A stretch of 64,000 nt of DNA, from NCBI GenBank assembly GCA_965205425.1, contig CBDBGZ010000009.1:160001-224000 (forward strand). The letters are read 5' to 3'. The position numbers and the translations under genes were made by a program. The stretch is from Nitrosopumilus sp. GTDB taxonomy: Archaea > Thermoproteota > Nitrososphaeria > Nitrososphaerales > Nitrosopumilaceae. The first letter of the stretch is position 1. Every line of letters starts with the position of its first letter. This document shows positions 30,780 to 40,569 of the stretch, one piece after another. The notes below the pieces were generated by a model. The model was not told where the DNA came from. It worked only from the letters and a program-made list of their open reading frames with translations, and did not search any database.

Positions 30780-33371
30780 CTAAAAATCCCAAAATCCTTT
30801 TTTCTTGGATTTTTTAGTTATTGTTTTCTTTTTTTTCTTTTTTACTGGTTTATCATAATCCATCATTCCAGTTATGTTTGATTTTTTCTTCCCTCTCTTT
30901 TTGGTTGCAGAATAATAATCATCAATAGGTTGAGAACTGAAAACAGATTTACCTACTTGTGATTTTTCGAATACACCACGAATAGCATGTGCCTCATAGA
31001 TTTTTTTAGGTCTACCTCCACCACCTCCGAAATAACCAAATCCACTACCATATTTTCTAAATGCAAATCTTTGTCTTTTACGTTGTTTTGGTGTTGTAGT
31101 TGTTTTTGTTGTAGGTGGTCGATATACAGGAACAAAAACAGGATCTTCAACAGGAGGATCATCAATTATAGGATCTGTTATCTGTGTAGGTGGGTGATCC
31201 CAAAACAAAGTTACAAATCCTTGGTCCTGATCTTGTTTTGGTTTGGTTCCTTGTTTTGAATCCGGTTTTTTCTTGAGAGGATTATCAATTAACGGTTCTA
31301 ATATTGGTCTAACTTTCTGCTTTGGTTTTGTTTTTCTTCCAACTGCCATAATACTTAACATACCTCCAACCTTAACACCAGGCTTTACACCACTTTTCAA
31401 TTTACTTTTACTTCCTGTCTTTGCACCTTTTCTCACAGTTTTACTAACTTGTTTGGTAACCTGTCCGTTCTTTCCAGTGTTCCAAAAGTCTTTTAGTTTC
31501 TGTGTTTGATTTTTTACAGTCTTTCCAGTTTGCTTTGCTGCATTTTGTTGTACCCATTTAGGTTGAGTTTTTTGTTTAGTAGATTGTTTAGTAGATTGTT
31601 TGGTTTTATTTTTTTGTATCAACTGCTGCTTTCCTGATTTGACAACTTTTCCAAATCCTGATGATTCACCTAATGCTGCTCTACTGTTTTTGTGTGGTTG
31701 CTTTACTTTGGCATCTTTTCCCAATTTTAAAATTCTGTCTGAGACCTTTTTGTTATTTGCCATAATTTTTTTAACAGCATTACCCTTTGCAGTTTTTACA
31801 ACACCTTTGCCAAATATTTCTGAAATAGTTCTAGGTTCTAAATCAATTCCTTTTGGAATTTCTTTTGATGTAATGTTTCCAGTTTTTCTAATTAGTAGAT
31901 TAGGGTTTACTTTGTAAGATTCAGCCTTGCTAGTTCTGATACGATTTTTGTCAATTTTAGGAACCTTGCTTGTAGCTCGTGCATAACTTATAGGATCACC
32001 AATTCCAAACTTTCCCTTGTTTAATGATCGTGGTTTTCTTTTTGGCACAGCAGAACCAACCTCTTCAGTCATTCCTTTTACATTCTTGTTTTTTACGCCT
32101 ACTTTTGCACCCTTGGATATTGCCTTTGCTACTTTTGGAACTTTGGGTAAAATGTTAATACCATATTTTGCAGCACCAATAGGTGGAACAATTACACTAG
32201 CACCAATAATTAATGCAGATGGCACAGCAGAACCGATACCATATGCAGGATTAGCCCAAAAATCAGTTTCTACTTTTTTAACACGTTCATTGAAATTTTT
32301 TGTAAAATCAGTGTTGCTCTCATAAGATTGTACCCCTGCATCCAACGGTGCAAAAATCAAGTTATCTAAGGAATTACCTTTCTGTGGAATCTGTTCTTTT
32401 CCTCGTACATACCTAACTACGTTTTGTCCTGTAATGTATAGATCTTTATATCCTGCATGTTGTCCTTTTGCATATTCCTCAAGAGGCGAACCAATTTTTT
32501 TGGGTTCAGGTTTTTTCACATCATTAAAAGAGAATTCATCAAATGGGTTACGTTGAGGTACAGTTCTTGCATATGGTATTGGTTCAGGAAATTTCATAGG
32601 AACCGTTCCCACTAGTGCAGGGTTTAATTTTGCCTGTTGTACAATACTATCACGTCTTTTTTTATTTTGAGTTGCTCTGATTAGTGCTGCTGCAGATGAT
32701 TCCTTTGATGTAACGACAGTTTCATCTACTGTTCTGTTTGCTTGTTGTTGTGCAAATTTACGCTGATCAGGATTTGATACTGATTCTTTTCTAGGGGATG
32801 GTCTGCCACCTGCACGTTGTAATTTGGTACTATCATATCCTGCTGATTCAATGCTTTGTTTTACCTTTTGATTCTGTGCAGTTGTTGCTTTGATTTGATT
32901 AATTTTATTTTGTTGCTGAGATTCTCTTAATGCAATTTGTCTTCTCTCTTCTGCCTTTACTGCTGCTGATCGTGCATTGGTAATTGATGATCGTCTATTG
33001 TATGCATCTTTTGCTTCTTTGCTTCTGGCATAGTTTCGAGCCAATGTTACAGCTGATGTGTTTCTATATCCTGCAGGATTTCTTGCTATCTGTCTTTGTG
33101 CCTTGGCTTTAGCCCACTGTGGAACGTTTGATTGCCGTAATGCTAGTCTTTGCAACTCTGCATTTCTATTTCTATTAATGGCATTAATTCTGGATGAATA
33201 TCTTCGAATTGCTTTACTGTTTGGTTCTCGGGTATATCCAATCAATCTTCTTATTCCATTGCGAGGATTTGTGCGATATTTTGGTTGTCTGCGATATTTT
33301 GATGGTCTAGCGCCAAGGGCTGCAACCTGAGCATTATATCTACCATTAATTGATTCTCTGGTTAGTGCCAT
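30780..33371 (-). CDS. 863-aa highly basic protein, candidate virion core/DNA-condensing protein
   Basis: Arg-rich N-terminus, one central hydrophobic segment, Lys-rich C-half; motif-B promoter upstream. Confidence 0.7.
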   Translation of the reverse strand: MALTRESINGRYNAQVAALGARPSKYRRQPKYRTNPRNGIRRLIGYTREPNSKAIRRYSSRINAINRNRNAELQRLALRQSNVPQWAKAKAQRQIARNPAGYRNTSAVTLARNYARSKEAKDAYNRRSSITNARSAAVKAEERRQIALRESQQQNKINQIKATTAQNQKVKQSIESAGYDSTKLQRAGGRPSPRKESVSNPDQRKFAQQQANRTVDETVVTSKESSAAALIRATQNKKRRDSIVQQAKLNPALVGTVPMKFPEPIPYARTVPQRNPFDEFSFNDVKKPEPKKIGSPLEEYAKGQHAGYKDLYITGQNVVRYVRGKEQIPQKGNSLDNLIFAPLDAGVQSYESNTDFTKNFNERVKKVETDFWANPAYGIGSAVPSALIIGASVIVPPIGAAKYGINILPKVPKVAKAISKGAKVGVKNKNVKGMTEEVGSAVPKRKPRSLNKGKFGIGDPISYARATSKVPKIDKNRIRTSKAESYKVNPNLLIRKTGNITSKEIPKGIDLEPRTISEIFGKGVVKTAKGNAVKKIMANNKKVSDRILKLGKDAKVKQPHKNSRAALGESSGFGKVVKSGKQQLIQKNKTKQSTKQSTKQKTQPKWVQQNAAKQTGKTVKNQTQKLKDFWNTGKNGQVTKQVSKTVRKGAKTGSKSKLKSGVKPGVKVGGMLSIMAVGRKTKPKQKVRPILEPLIDNPLKKKPDSKQGTKPKQDQDQGFVTLFWDHPPTQITDPIIDDPPVEDPVFVPVYRPPTTKTTTTPKQRKRQRFAFRKYGSGFGYFGGGGGRPKKIYEAHAIRGVFEKSQVGKSVFSSQPIDDYYSATKKRGKKKSNITGMMDYDKPVKKKKKKTITKKSKKKGFWDF

Positions 33372-33420
33372 AGTATCACCAAGAATTCCATTTCAAGGTT
33401 ATTTAAGGAAAAATTATTGC

Positions 33421-33888
33421 TCATCCTATGCCTACGCCTTTGATTTTACCATCCACAAATGGAATGATTTCGGTTCTTCTTAATTTGGAATAGTCCTTTG
33501 CTGAAAATACCTTTCTTGCCCATGATGGAAGTTTCTTTTGCTCTATTGTATCATGGTATAGTGCAGCACATGATAACGGAACAGAATATGTAATGTATTT
33601 TTGCTTGTTGTATATTGTTATTGATTCTCTTGTTGGTGATTCTATAAATGATTCAATGATTGCTTTGTATTCACCAGTTACAATGCTGTTTAGAATCTTT
33701 TTTGTTAGATAAAATGTTTTTTTCTTTTTTGTCTTTTCACTACAACAAGGACAAATGCGATTTTTCTCAAAAGTTACATAATCCTCACAGTTATTACAAA
33801 ACACTTTTTCTGCTGTAGGATTGTGTATTGACACATGGAATCTATTTCTGCATACTCCGACCCCTGCAACTTTCATATGTATGTCCAA
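33421..33888 (-). CDS. Zn-finger protein
   Basis: GVC...FCNNC...CPCC. Confidence 0.7.
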   Translation of the reverse strand: MDIHMKVAGVGVCRNRFHVSIHNPTAEKVFCNNCEDYVTFEKNRICPCCSEKTKKKKTFYLTKKILNSIVTGEYKAIIESFIESPTRESITIYNKQKYITYSVPLSCAALYHDTIEQKKLPSWARKVFSAKDYSKLRRTEIIPFVDGKIKGVGIG

Positions 33889-33890
33889 AG

Positions 33891-34238
33891 TTATTCTTCA
33901 CCGAATCCAGGTTTTGAGTGCATCATCTTTTTTGCATCAGGTGAATCAACAGAATATTTTATTTTATGCTGAGTTACGGAATTCAAAAACCAACCTCTTT
34001 CACTTGATGATGCTATCAGCCCACCCATTAGGCCCTCTGCTGCTTCTTCCCAAATCTGTGCAATCTCTGGAGGAACTGTACTTCGCATTGATAATATGCT
34101 GTGAATGCGATTTATCATCCGCATAGCCTTATCATCTGTTTTGAGTGTTCGAGATAACAGATTTAGACGATAAATTATAGGATCATCATTTTTGGATGAT
34201 GAATCAACCATGTCAATAATTTTCTCAACTGCACTCAA
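33891..34238 (-). CDS. Hypothetical protein
   Basis: TTG start 22 nt below motif A. Confidence 0.7.
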   Translation of the reverse strand: MSAVEKIIDMVDSSSKNDDPIIYRLNLLSRTLKTDDKAMRMINRIHSILSMRSTVPPEIAQIWEEAAEGLMGGLIASSSERGWFLNSVTQHKIKYSVDSPDAKKMMHSKPGFGEE

Positions 34239-34269
34239 TGATATAGATCAAATACTGAGAATAAAAAAA

Positions 34270-34629
34270 CTAGGTACTAGACCCATGATGTAACCTGTTA
34301 GTGACTAGTTGATAAATCACTATTCCAATAGATAACGCCAACAATACATATCCCACAGTTCTGGCAGGCTCATAAAACGATATCATCATGGAATTTACCA
34401 CCAGCCCTACAATCCCTACTAGTTGAACTGAATGGGTCCTAAGCCATATTATCCCTACAAAGAATCCCCAAATGGCAACAGGTGTTAGTTCACCTAGATT
34501 CCATTGTAAAGGCATTAGTAACACTCCAAACCCATCTTTTTCAAAATCACATGATGCATCTTTAAAGCAATTATCAATTACTTGTAGAAATGTAGATTGT
34601 AAAAATAAAACTATGATATTAGGATACAT
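34270..34629 (-). CDS. Multi-pass membrane protein
   Basis: Three C-terminal hydrophobic helices; stop codon lies within motif A. Confidence 0.7.
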   Translation of the reverse strand: MYPNIIVLFLQSTFLQVIDNCFKDASCDFEKDGFGVLLMPLQWNLGELTPVAIWGFFVGIIWLRTHSVQLVGIVGLVVNSMMISFYEPARTVGYVLLALSIGIVIYQLVTNRLHHGSST

Positions 34630-35367
34630 CTAAAATCCTAAACTAAAATTACCAAACACGTTACCAACTTGTGACATTATATTTTCAAAGTTTGTCATGA
34701 AGATAACTGCACCAACTAGGAAAAGTGCTATCGTTGCGATTGGAATTACTGTAGTTATTGTTTTTGACATTGACTTTAGATGTTTTTCTGCTGCTAGTAT
34801 CTCTTTTAGTCCTAGTTTGATTGATTGGGGGTTTACTTCACAGTATGAAGATAGGAATTGTTCCACGTTAAAATTAATTGGCTCTCTAATGGAACGTGCA
34901 ACAGTTTTAATCATTTCCTTTTGTTCTGTTTCTATTTCTGGTGTTTGCTGTATTGGTTCACCTTCTTCTGTAAATTCACCAGTTTGCTCTAAATTGATTT
35001 CATGCTCGTAATCATTAGTGGTTAATTCTACATCACTTTTTGCTTGTTGTTCCATTTGTATCTCAACATATCTTTCCAGTTCTGTTCTGTTTGTTTTTTT
35101 ACAGTAAATTTCAATTTCTTTAAGAGCCTGTGGATCAAGTGGGTTATAGTTTGCACCAGAATACAGATAAACTGACTGCTTGTAGATTGATAGTTTTCTA
35201 TCAGATCGTAGTCTGAACCATCCATATTTACATACAAAAAATGTGTTTAGTATCGGTTTAATTTTTACCAGTTCTAACTGCCCAGTTCTGGTTACTATCA
35301 TGGCTATTGGATGATTGGAGAACATCAGCTCTATTACTGGAAAGTGTTTTGATATGGAAAATGGCAA
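34630..35367 (-). CDS. Hypothetical protein with C-terminal TM
   Basis: 245 aa; motif-A promoter upstream. Confidence 0.7.
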   Translation of the reverse strand: MPFSISKHFPVIELMFSNHPIAMIVTRTGQLELVKIKPILNTFFVCKYGWFRLRSDRKLSIYKQSVYLYSGANYNPLDPQALKEIEIYCKKTNRTELERYVEIQMEQQAKSDVELTTNDYEHEINLEQTGEFTEEGEPIQQTPEIETEQKEMIKTVARSIREPINFNVEQFLSSYCEVNPQSIKLGLKEILAAEKHLKSMSKTITTVIPIATIALFLVGAVIFMTNFENIMSQVGNVFGNFSLGF

Positions 35368-35412
35368 TGATATAGATCAAATACTGAGAATAAAAAAACT
35401 AGGTTTTATGTT

Positions 35413-37005
35413 TTAGAACACTTTCTTTCCTAGGAACATTCCAACTGCAACAAGTAATACAATCATAGCCCACACTTCTGCTGATAACTCAAATAATCCC
35501 AACAATCCCATTATTCCTATTGTAGCCCCTGTAACTATAACGCCTACCTGTGCGTTTCTACCTGTCCAGATTGAGGCAACTATCAGAACTATCAAGAATG
35601 GAAATGGTACGCCAAACAATCCATCATTTCCAAATGATTCATTTATCATATCAAAACCTGATGTTATACCGTATGGTTTGTAGACTGTTTGTAACAGTAT
35701 GATATTTTCTGATTCGTCATAACATCTGATGTATGATGTGTGTTTGGTTAGAAATTCAGCATCATATGATGTGATTGATGTTTGATTGTTCCATTCATCA
35801 GTTGATGATGTGAAATGATTACAAAATAATGAAAAGGCATCTTGCTGTTTGTTTGCAGTAAATATTATTTTGTCTGCGGTGCTGTTGTAAGTGGATCTAG
35901 TATGATGGTAAAACAGATCATTTTTTATTAAATAAGTGGGCGATACATTGACAGTTCTAGTTTTAGTAACTGCATTATTCCCTGATGAATCAACTGAATT
36001 GTATGTTATAGAATAAGATCCTACTGCATCTGCAAAACCAGAACTATCTATTGTAACTGCTGAACCGTCATCTGTAGTTGCACCTAGTTCTGTGTAACCA
36101 CTACCTAATTCTATTTCCTGAGGATTATTTCCAGTTAGAGTTATGATTGGTGGTGTGGTGTCAACTACGTTAACAGTTCTTGTAACTGTAACTGCATTAT
36201 TCCCTGATGAATCAACTGAATTGTATGTTATAGAATAAGATCCTACTGCATCTGCAAAACCAGAACTATCTATTGTAACTGCTGAACCGTCATCTGTAGT
36301 TGCACCTAGTTCTGTGTAACCATTGCCTAATTCTATTTCCTGAGGATTATTTCCAATTAGCGTTATGATTGGCGGTGTTGTGTCTGAATTTGCAGAGTAT
36401 GTTATGGTCAGTATCGGATTTTGAAAATTCGAGTATTTGTGGATGTTTGATACTTGGATTTCTGTTCCGCCAATAACAGACATACCAAACCAGCCATTGT
36501 TTAGATTTGATGTAAGATCTGTGATTCCAGCACTTCCAAGCGATACGTTGAGTGTACCGCCTGTTCCATCACATATGATGGAATTGTACTGTGTTCCGTC
36601 TGCCAAGTCATCCCACAAAGAAGAGGCAGATGTTACACTTGGCTGATTTGACAAACTGTATATTCTACATTGGTTGTCACCTGCCTTACTTGCTACAGGA
36701 TCCTCATCAATTGAGAATTCAACATCAGATACTACAGCACCGTCAGGAATTGCAGATACATCCCACTCCAGATACATCCTGTAACAATCCTTTGGACTTC
36801 CGAATCTTGGAACGCCTGCAACAAGATATTGGTTTTCCAGATAGTTTAGGATTCCACCGCCATCACAAATATTGTTAGAGTCCACTTCCTCAATGTACCC
36901 GTCAATGCTAGGAGATAGTGATACGGTTTCTGCATATGCTGGAATTGTATTTACTAGAATTAGAGATGAGAAAACAAGTACAAAAACAAGATAGAATAAT
37001 TTCAT
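35413..37005 (-). CDS. Putative viral adhesin/spike: signal peptide, DNRLRE-like domain, two Ig-like (DUF5011-type) repeats, three C-terminal TMs
   Basis: DGYI...YLEWDVSAIPDGAVV; 2x DTTPPIITLxGNNPQEIELG; hydrophobic C-terminus. Confidence 0.75.
   Translation of the reverse strand: MKLFYLVFVLVFSSLILVNTIPAYAETVSLSPSIDGYIEEVDSNNICDGGGILNYLENQYLVAGVPRFGSPKDCYRMYLEWDVSAIPDGAVVSDVEFSIDEDPVASKAGDNQCRIYSLSNQPSVTSASSLWDDLADGTQYNSIICDGTGGTLNVSLGSAGITDLTSNLNNGWFGMSVIGGTEIQVSNIHKYSNFQNPILTITYSANSDTTPPIITLIGNNPQEIELGNGYTELGATTDDGSAVTIDSSGFADAVGSYSITYNSVDSSGNNAVTVTRTVNVVDTTPPIITLTGNNPQEIELGSGYTELGATTDDGSAVTIDSSGFADAVGSYSITYNSVDSSGNNAVTKTRTVNVSPTYLIKNDLFYHHTRSTYNSTADKIIFTANKQQDAFSLFCNHFTSSTDEWNNQTSITSYDAEFLTKHTSYIRCYDESENIILLQTVYKPYGITSGFDMINESFGNDGLFGVPFPFLIVLIVASIWTGRNAQVGVIVTGATIGIMGLLGLFELSAEVWAMIVLLVAVGMFLGKKVF
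35941..36384. repeat. 222-bp near-identical tandem duplication (Ig-like domains)
   Basis: 35941-36162 versus 36163-36384. Confidence 0.92.
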
Positions 37006-37007
37006 TG

Positions 37008-37253
37008 TTACTCAAAAGATACTGAACTCTTTGATGCTCGCATATATCCCCATACAACAAGCCAACCAAACATGATTAATGGAAAAAAGTAGATAAAAGC
37101 AATTGTTCTATCTCGTGCAATTAATGCTTCTGCTGATGCATTATCCCATTGTGGCATATCAAGTAAAGCAATTACCATAGGCATCGACATATACCAACCA
37201 ACCCCAATGGCAAACACACCGATTACTCCTGCAATTATAATAAAAACAGCCAT
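37008..37253 (-). CDS. Small two-TM protein, candidate minor virion protein
   Basis: Start moved to ATG 37253 (21 nt below motif A); two hydrophobic helices. Confidence 0.65.
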   Translation of the reverse strand: MAVFIIIAGVIGVFAIGVGWYMSMPMVIALLDMPQWDNASAEALIARDRTIAFIYFFPLIMFGWLVVWGYMRASKSSVSFE

Positions 37254-37308
37254 AGAACTATTGTTCCTCAGCAAATAAAAAAACTAGGTTTGTGTGTTTC
37301 ATGAATCT

Positions 37309-37572
37309 TTAGTTTTGATTTCCACCAGTTCCGAAAATTTGGAACAACACAAAGAACAATGTAATAGGCAAGATTCCGATTACTGTCCATGCTGTAGTCT
37401 TTCCGTTATGGCATTCTGTATATCCTTGTACAGTTTTATCATCTGCTCCCTCATCGCCTGCACCGTCACCAGGACATGGCACAGCAACAGATACTGCACT
37501 GAATATCATGATTCCTACAATTATACCGACTGCTGCCGATATGAAGGCAAGAATGAATGTGATATTTATCAT
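37309..37572 (-). CDS. Candidate major capsid protein (hydrophobic helical hairpin, spindle-virus type)
   Basis: 87 aa from ATG 37572; two hydrophobic helices joined by a Cys-flanked loop; own TTAAATA (motif B) promoter. Confidence 0.6.
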   Translation of the reverse strand: MINITFILAFISAAVGIIVGIMIFSAVSVAVPCPGDGAGDEGADDKTVQGYTECHNGKTTAWTVIGILPITLFFVLFQIFGTGGNQN

Positions 37573-37637
37573 TAGTACCAAAAATCAAAAAAGGTTATTT
37601 AAGGAAAAAATTTTTGTTGTTTTATGCGTAATTTTTT

Positions 37638-38036
37638 TTATGAAATTTTTCCACTAGAACGACCACTCCACCAGTAAAAAATTTGAACTGCCAATAAAAT
37701 ACCAAGTAATGATTTAATTCCGATTACAAACTCATCAGGCAAATCAATAATTGAGCCATCTATCGTATCCCAGATAAAACCACCAGTTACGGTATTAATC
37801 ATAATTATTGTTGCAGCATTTGCAGCTTCTGCAAATTCATAAATCCCATCAAAGATAGTTCCATCCCCTGTAGAGTTTGTAGGGTTTATGATATTTGCAA
37901 ACTCACCAGTCGGTTTATCCCCATCAAAAGTATCTGGCAATGGCTGGCCTCCCAACTCTTGACCTGAGAATCCAGTAACTACAAAGAATCCTATGTTAAT
38001 GCAAACAAAGAATACATGCAATAGTAACAAACTCAT
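37638..38036 (-). CDS. Membrane protein of the structural module
   Basis: Hydrophobic N- and C-terminal segments. Confidence 0.7.
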   Translation of the reverse strand: MSLLLLHVFFVCINIGFFVVTGFSGQELGGQPLPDTFDGDKPTGEFANIINPTNSTGDGTIFDGIYEFAEAANAATIIMINTVTGGFIWDTIDGSIIDLPDEFVIGIKSLLGILLAVQIFYWWSGRSSGKIS

Positions 38037-38039
38037 TTT

Positions 38040-38399
38040 TTACATCTCCGAATTTACTTTGTGATTTTTGAATTGTTTGGCTGTCTGTGTAAATGAGATA
38101 AATGCTGTAAATAGACAAAACATTGCAAGCAAGAAAAATATCCAACCAAAAACAATAATTGAAAAATCACTATGTTGTATGACATATGATGTGCTAGTCC
38201 ATGTTGTAGTTCCATCAGTTATGGTACCACTAATTGTGATGTCTTGACCTGAAAATGATACTATAGATAATGAGAAAAAGAACATCATTCCTACAATGCT
38301 ATATGCTCCCTTGTGGTTAGTTGATGGAAACAGCATAAAGAAAAATGCAAATCCCAACAATGCTAAAAATACAGTTCCATCAATAGTTTCACCTATCAT
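38040..38399 (-). CDS. Three-TM membrane protein
   Basis: Hydropathy pattern; overlaps upstream stop. Confidence 0.7.
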   Translation of the reverse strand: MIGETIDGTVFLALLGFAFFFMLFPSTNHKGAYSIVGMMFFFSLSIVSFSGQDITISGTITDGTTTWTSTSYVIQHSDFSIIVFGWIFFLLAMFCLFTAFISFTQTAKQFKNHKVNSEM

Positions 38400-38752
38400 G
38401 TAATAGCACCACAGATCAGATCGCCTGTTGCGTCAATGCCTGTAACAAATTGATTTACAGGGCAGATTTTGGATTTTACACCGCCCAATTCAGATGCAGA
38501 TGCAGGACTAATCTCTAAAGTTAAAACGTCAATGGAAGTGTGATTTATTCCAGTAATTGATATGGTGTCTGATCGTACCAGTATTGATGAATCGTATTTC
38601 TCACCAAATATCACACCATTATCTGTAAAAATTGAATAATATGCAGGAGTTGGAGGGATCATACTACTATCGGCAGATGGTACAGTAAAACTCAAAATTA
38701 TCATAAATGAAACAGTGCCAATAATCCCAGCAAAAATTGATTTTTTATCCAC
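38396..38752 (-). CDS. Secreted/anchored protein with fibre-like C-terminus
   Basis: Signal-like N-terminus; ASASELGGVK..CPVNQFVTGIDATGDLIC. Confidence 0.65.
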   Translation of the reverse strand: MDKKSIFAGIIGTVSFMIILSFTVPSADSSMIPPTPAYYSIFTDNGVIFGEKYDSSILVRSDTISITGINHTSIDVLTLEISPASASELGGVKSKICPVNQFVTGIDATGDLICGAIT

Positions 38753-38782
38753 AATGATTAATGATTAATCAAAATAAAAAAA

Positions 38783-38959
38783 CTAGGTTTTGGCTTTGGA
38801 TTTTTCTTTTTGAGTGAAAACAGTTTGTGTTGTGGTAGTTTGTAGCACCTTGCCATTATCTAGGAATTGGTGTATTGTCATAATGTCTTCTTTGTTTGAT
38901 ACATCAATCCCTTTTACTCCATTGTCTATCATGTATTGTAATACGTCAAAGATATTCAT
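38783..38959 (-). CDS. 58-aa hypothetical protein
   Basis: Start moved to ATG 38959 (23 nt below motif A); stop lies within the next motif A. Confidence 0.55.
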   Translation of the reverse strand: MNIFDVLQYMIDNGVKGIDVSNKEDIMTIHQFLDNGKVLQTTTTQTVFTQKEKSKAKT

Positions 38960-38984
38960 TGTATAGTAAAGAATTGCATAGAAT

Positions 38985-39047
38985 AAAAAAACTAGGATAA
39001 GAGTCACCTTACCCTAGTTTCAAGGGCGTAACCCCTTTGAAACACAC
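38985..39047 (-). ncRNA. Putative two-hairpin small RNA
   Basis: GTTTCAA(A)GGG-GTTACG-CCCTTGAAAC then CTAGGGTAAG-GTGACT-CTTATCCTAG-T7, between two motif-A copies. Confidence 0.5.
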
Positions 39048-39078
39048 AATGATACAATAGATTCAGAGAATAAAAAAA

Positions 39079-40209
39079 CTAGGTTTTCACATCATAATCC
39101 TTAAACGGACTCTTCTTTTTTGATTCTTCCTCTAGTTGTTCTCGAATGAGAGTAGTTTTCTTTTTGAATCTATAGCCCTTTTTTCTGGGAACCTTTAGTG
39201 TACTGTCAGACAATTTCAAAACCTCATTCCAATCTACATCATATAAGGAATCCATCTCATTGATCACTTTGTATAGTGTTGCTACGTTTGATGGCAGTGT
39301 CTTTTTTCCTTTGTTGAAAAAACAGAACAAGTTAATTACACTTCTAGTTACAGATGGTGTTGATGCTTCTGTAAGTTTGTTTAATGCAGTTTGAGCATCC
39401 AATTTTTTGTATGTGTCGTGATTTGGCTTTACTGTACATTGACCACATGATTCTCTAGGATATAGCAAGTGGTGACATGACCCAATAGATGAAACTAATG
39501 CTGGTCTAAACGGATCATTTGTTCTGTAAGAGTAATGCTTTTCATCATATGACGATGTTACCACACTAAAGTAGCCCTTGAGAATTGCATTTCTATACAA
39601 TCTTATAAAATTATTCACCTTGAAGGAATTGTGACTACCTAACAACTGTTGATAGTTGGTTCTCTCATTATCTGTAATGCTTGTAAATATGGTAAAATCA
39701 GTATCACGGAAGAACTTCTCTATTGCCTTAGAGTAATGGATTTGCAATATTACGATAACTGGCTGTTTTATCTTGTGTCTGATGTATGTGAGTTCTGCTG
39801 CAATTTCCTCAATTTGTGAATCTGTCAATCCTCTTAGACTGTAACTTGCATCCTCAAAAACTAGAATATGTGGGAGTTGTGGGAGTTTTGATATGATTTT
39901 TACAAAATTTCTAATGTCTGATTTTGAGAACCATTTTATGACATAATTTTTCTTTAGATGTAATCGATGAACTATGGTCTGAGTTAGAGTAGTTTTTCCA
40001 CTGCCTGATTTTCCAATAAATAAAATTCCTGTATATTGATTGTTGATATTGGCATTGATTATCTCATCTACTAGTACCCCTAAAGAATGCCTTTGCATTA
40101 ATGGAATTGGTTCTCTGCCAGATCCTTTCCATTCAGGATGTCGATATTTTGTTGTGTGAAATTCTGCCATTATATCATCACGCTGCCATAAACTGGTCTT
40201 TCTGATCAT
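39079..40209 (-). CDS. P-loop ATPase, candidate packaging/extrusion motor
   Basis: Walker A GKSGSGKTT, Walker B LVFED, IRH...ILQIH; CGQC in the C-terminal part. Confidence 0.8.
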   Translation of the reverse strand: MIRKTSLWQRDDIMAEFHTTKYRHPEWKGSGREPIPLMQRHSLGVLVDEIINANINNQYTGILFIGKSGSGKTTLTQTIVHRLHLKKNYVIKWFSKSDIRNFVKIISKLPQLPHILVFEDASYSLRGLTDSQIEEIAAELTYIRHKIKQPVIVILQIHYSKAIEKFFRDTDFTIFTSITDNERTNYQQLLGSHNSFKVNNFIRLYRNAILKGYFSVVTSSYDEKHYSYRTNDPFRPALVSSIGSCHHLLYPRESCGQCTVKPNHDTYKKLDAQTALNKLTEASTPSVTRSVINLFCFFNKGKKTLPSNVATLYKVINEMDSLYDVDWNEVLKLSDSTLKVPRKKGYRFKKKTTLIREQLEEESKKKSPFKDYDVKT

Positions 40210-40498
40210 GGGCGTATTTTGATATTGCCTCCATTACTGCCGATAATGCACGATTATAGTAAATCCATTCAGAGGATACAGATCTTAATGATTCAGTCAA
40301 ATACATTTTATCGTGAGATTTTCTGTCAGTGGGGGATGGCCTGAACTGTTCCAGTTTGACTTGAAATTTTGGAGATAACAATTTGTTGACTGCTTCGATA
40401 TTAATTACTGCCAGTTCTGGTTCATTTCGCTGTTGTGCAAACGTACTAGCTGATACCAAGATGTTCATCATGTTTGTGATGAATTCCATAAATCCCAT
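40178..40498 (-). CDS. Hypothetical protein
   Basis: ATG about 23 nt below motif A. Confidence 0.7.
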   Translation of the reverse strand: MGFMEFITNMMNILVSASTFAQQRNEPELAVINIEAVNKLLSPKFQVKLEQFRPSPTDRKSHDKMYLTESLRSVSSEWIYYNRALSAVMEAISKYAHDQKDQFMAA

Positions 40499-40569
40499 TG
40501 TTCTAGGATGGAATAATCAGCGTAAAAAAACTAGGGTCAAGATCGCCATAAATAAAAGATGTCAAGATA

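Noticed and set aside
30953..33330. Several 70-105 aa ORFs overlapping the 863-aa gene
   Set aside because: Antisense or alternate-frame products of a low-complexity gene; the same applies to ORFs inside carB, ilvB, leuA and transposases
35941..36384. Template/variable repeat pair of a diversity-generating retroelement
   Set aside because: Both copies are in frame within one gene, differences are not adenine-specific and no reverse transcriptase is present
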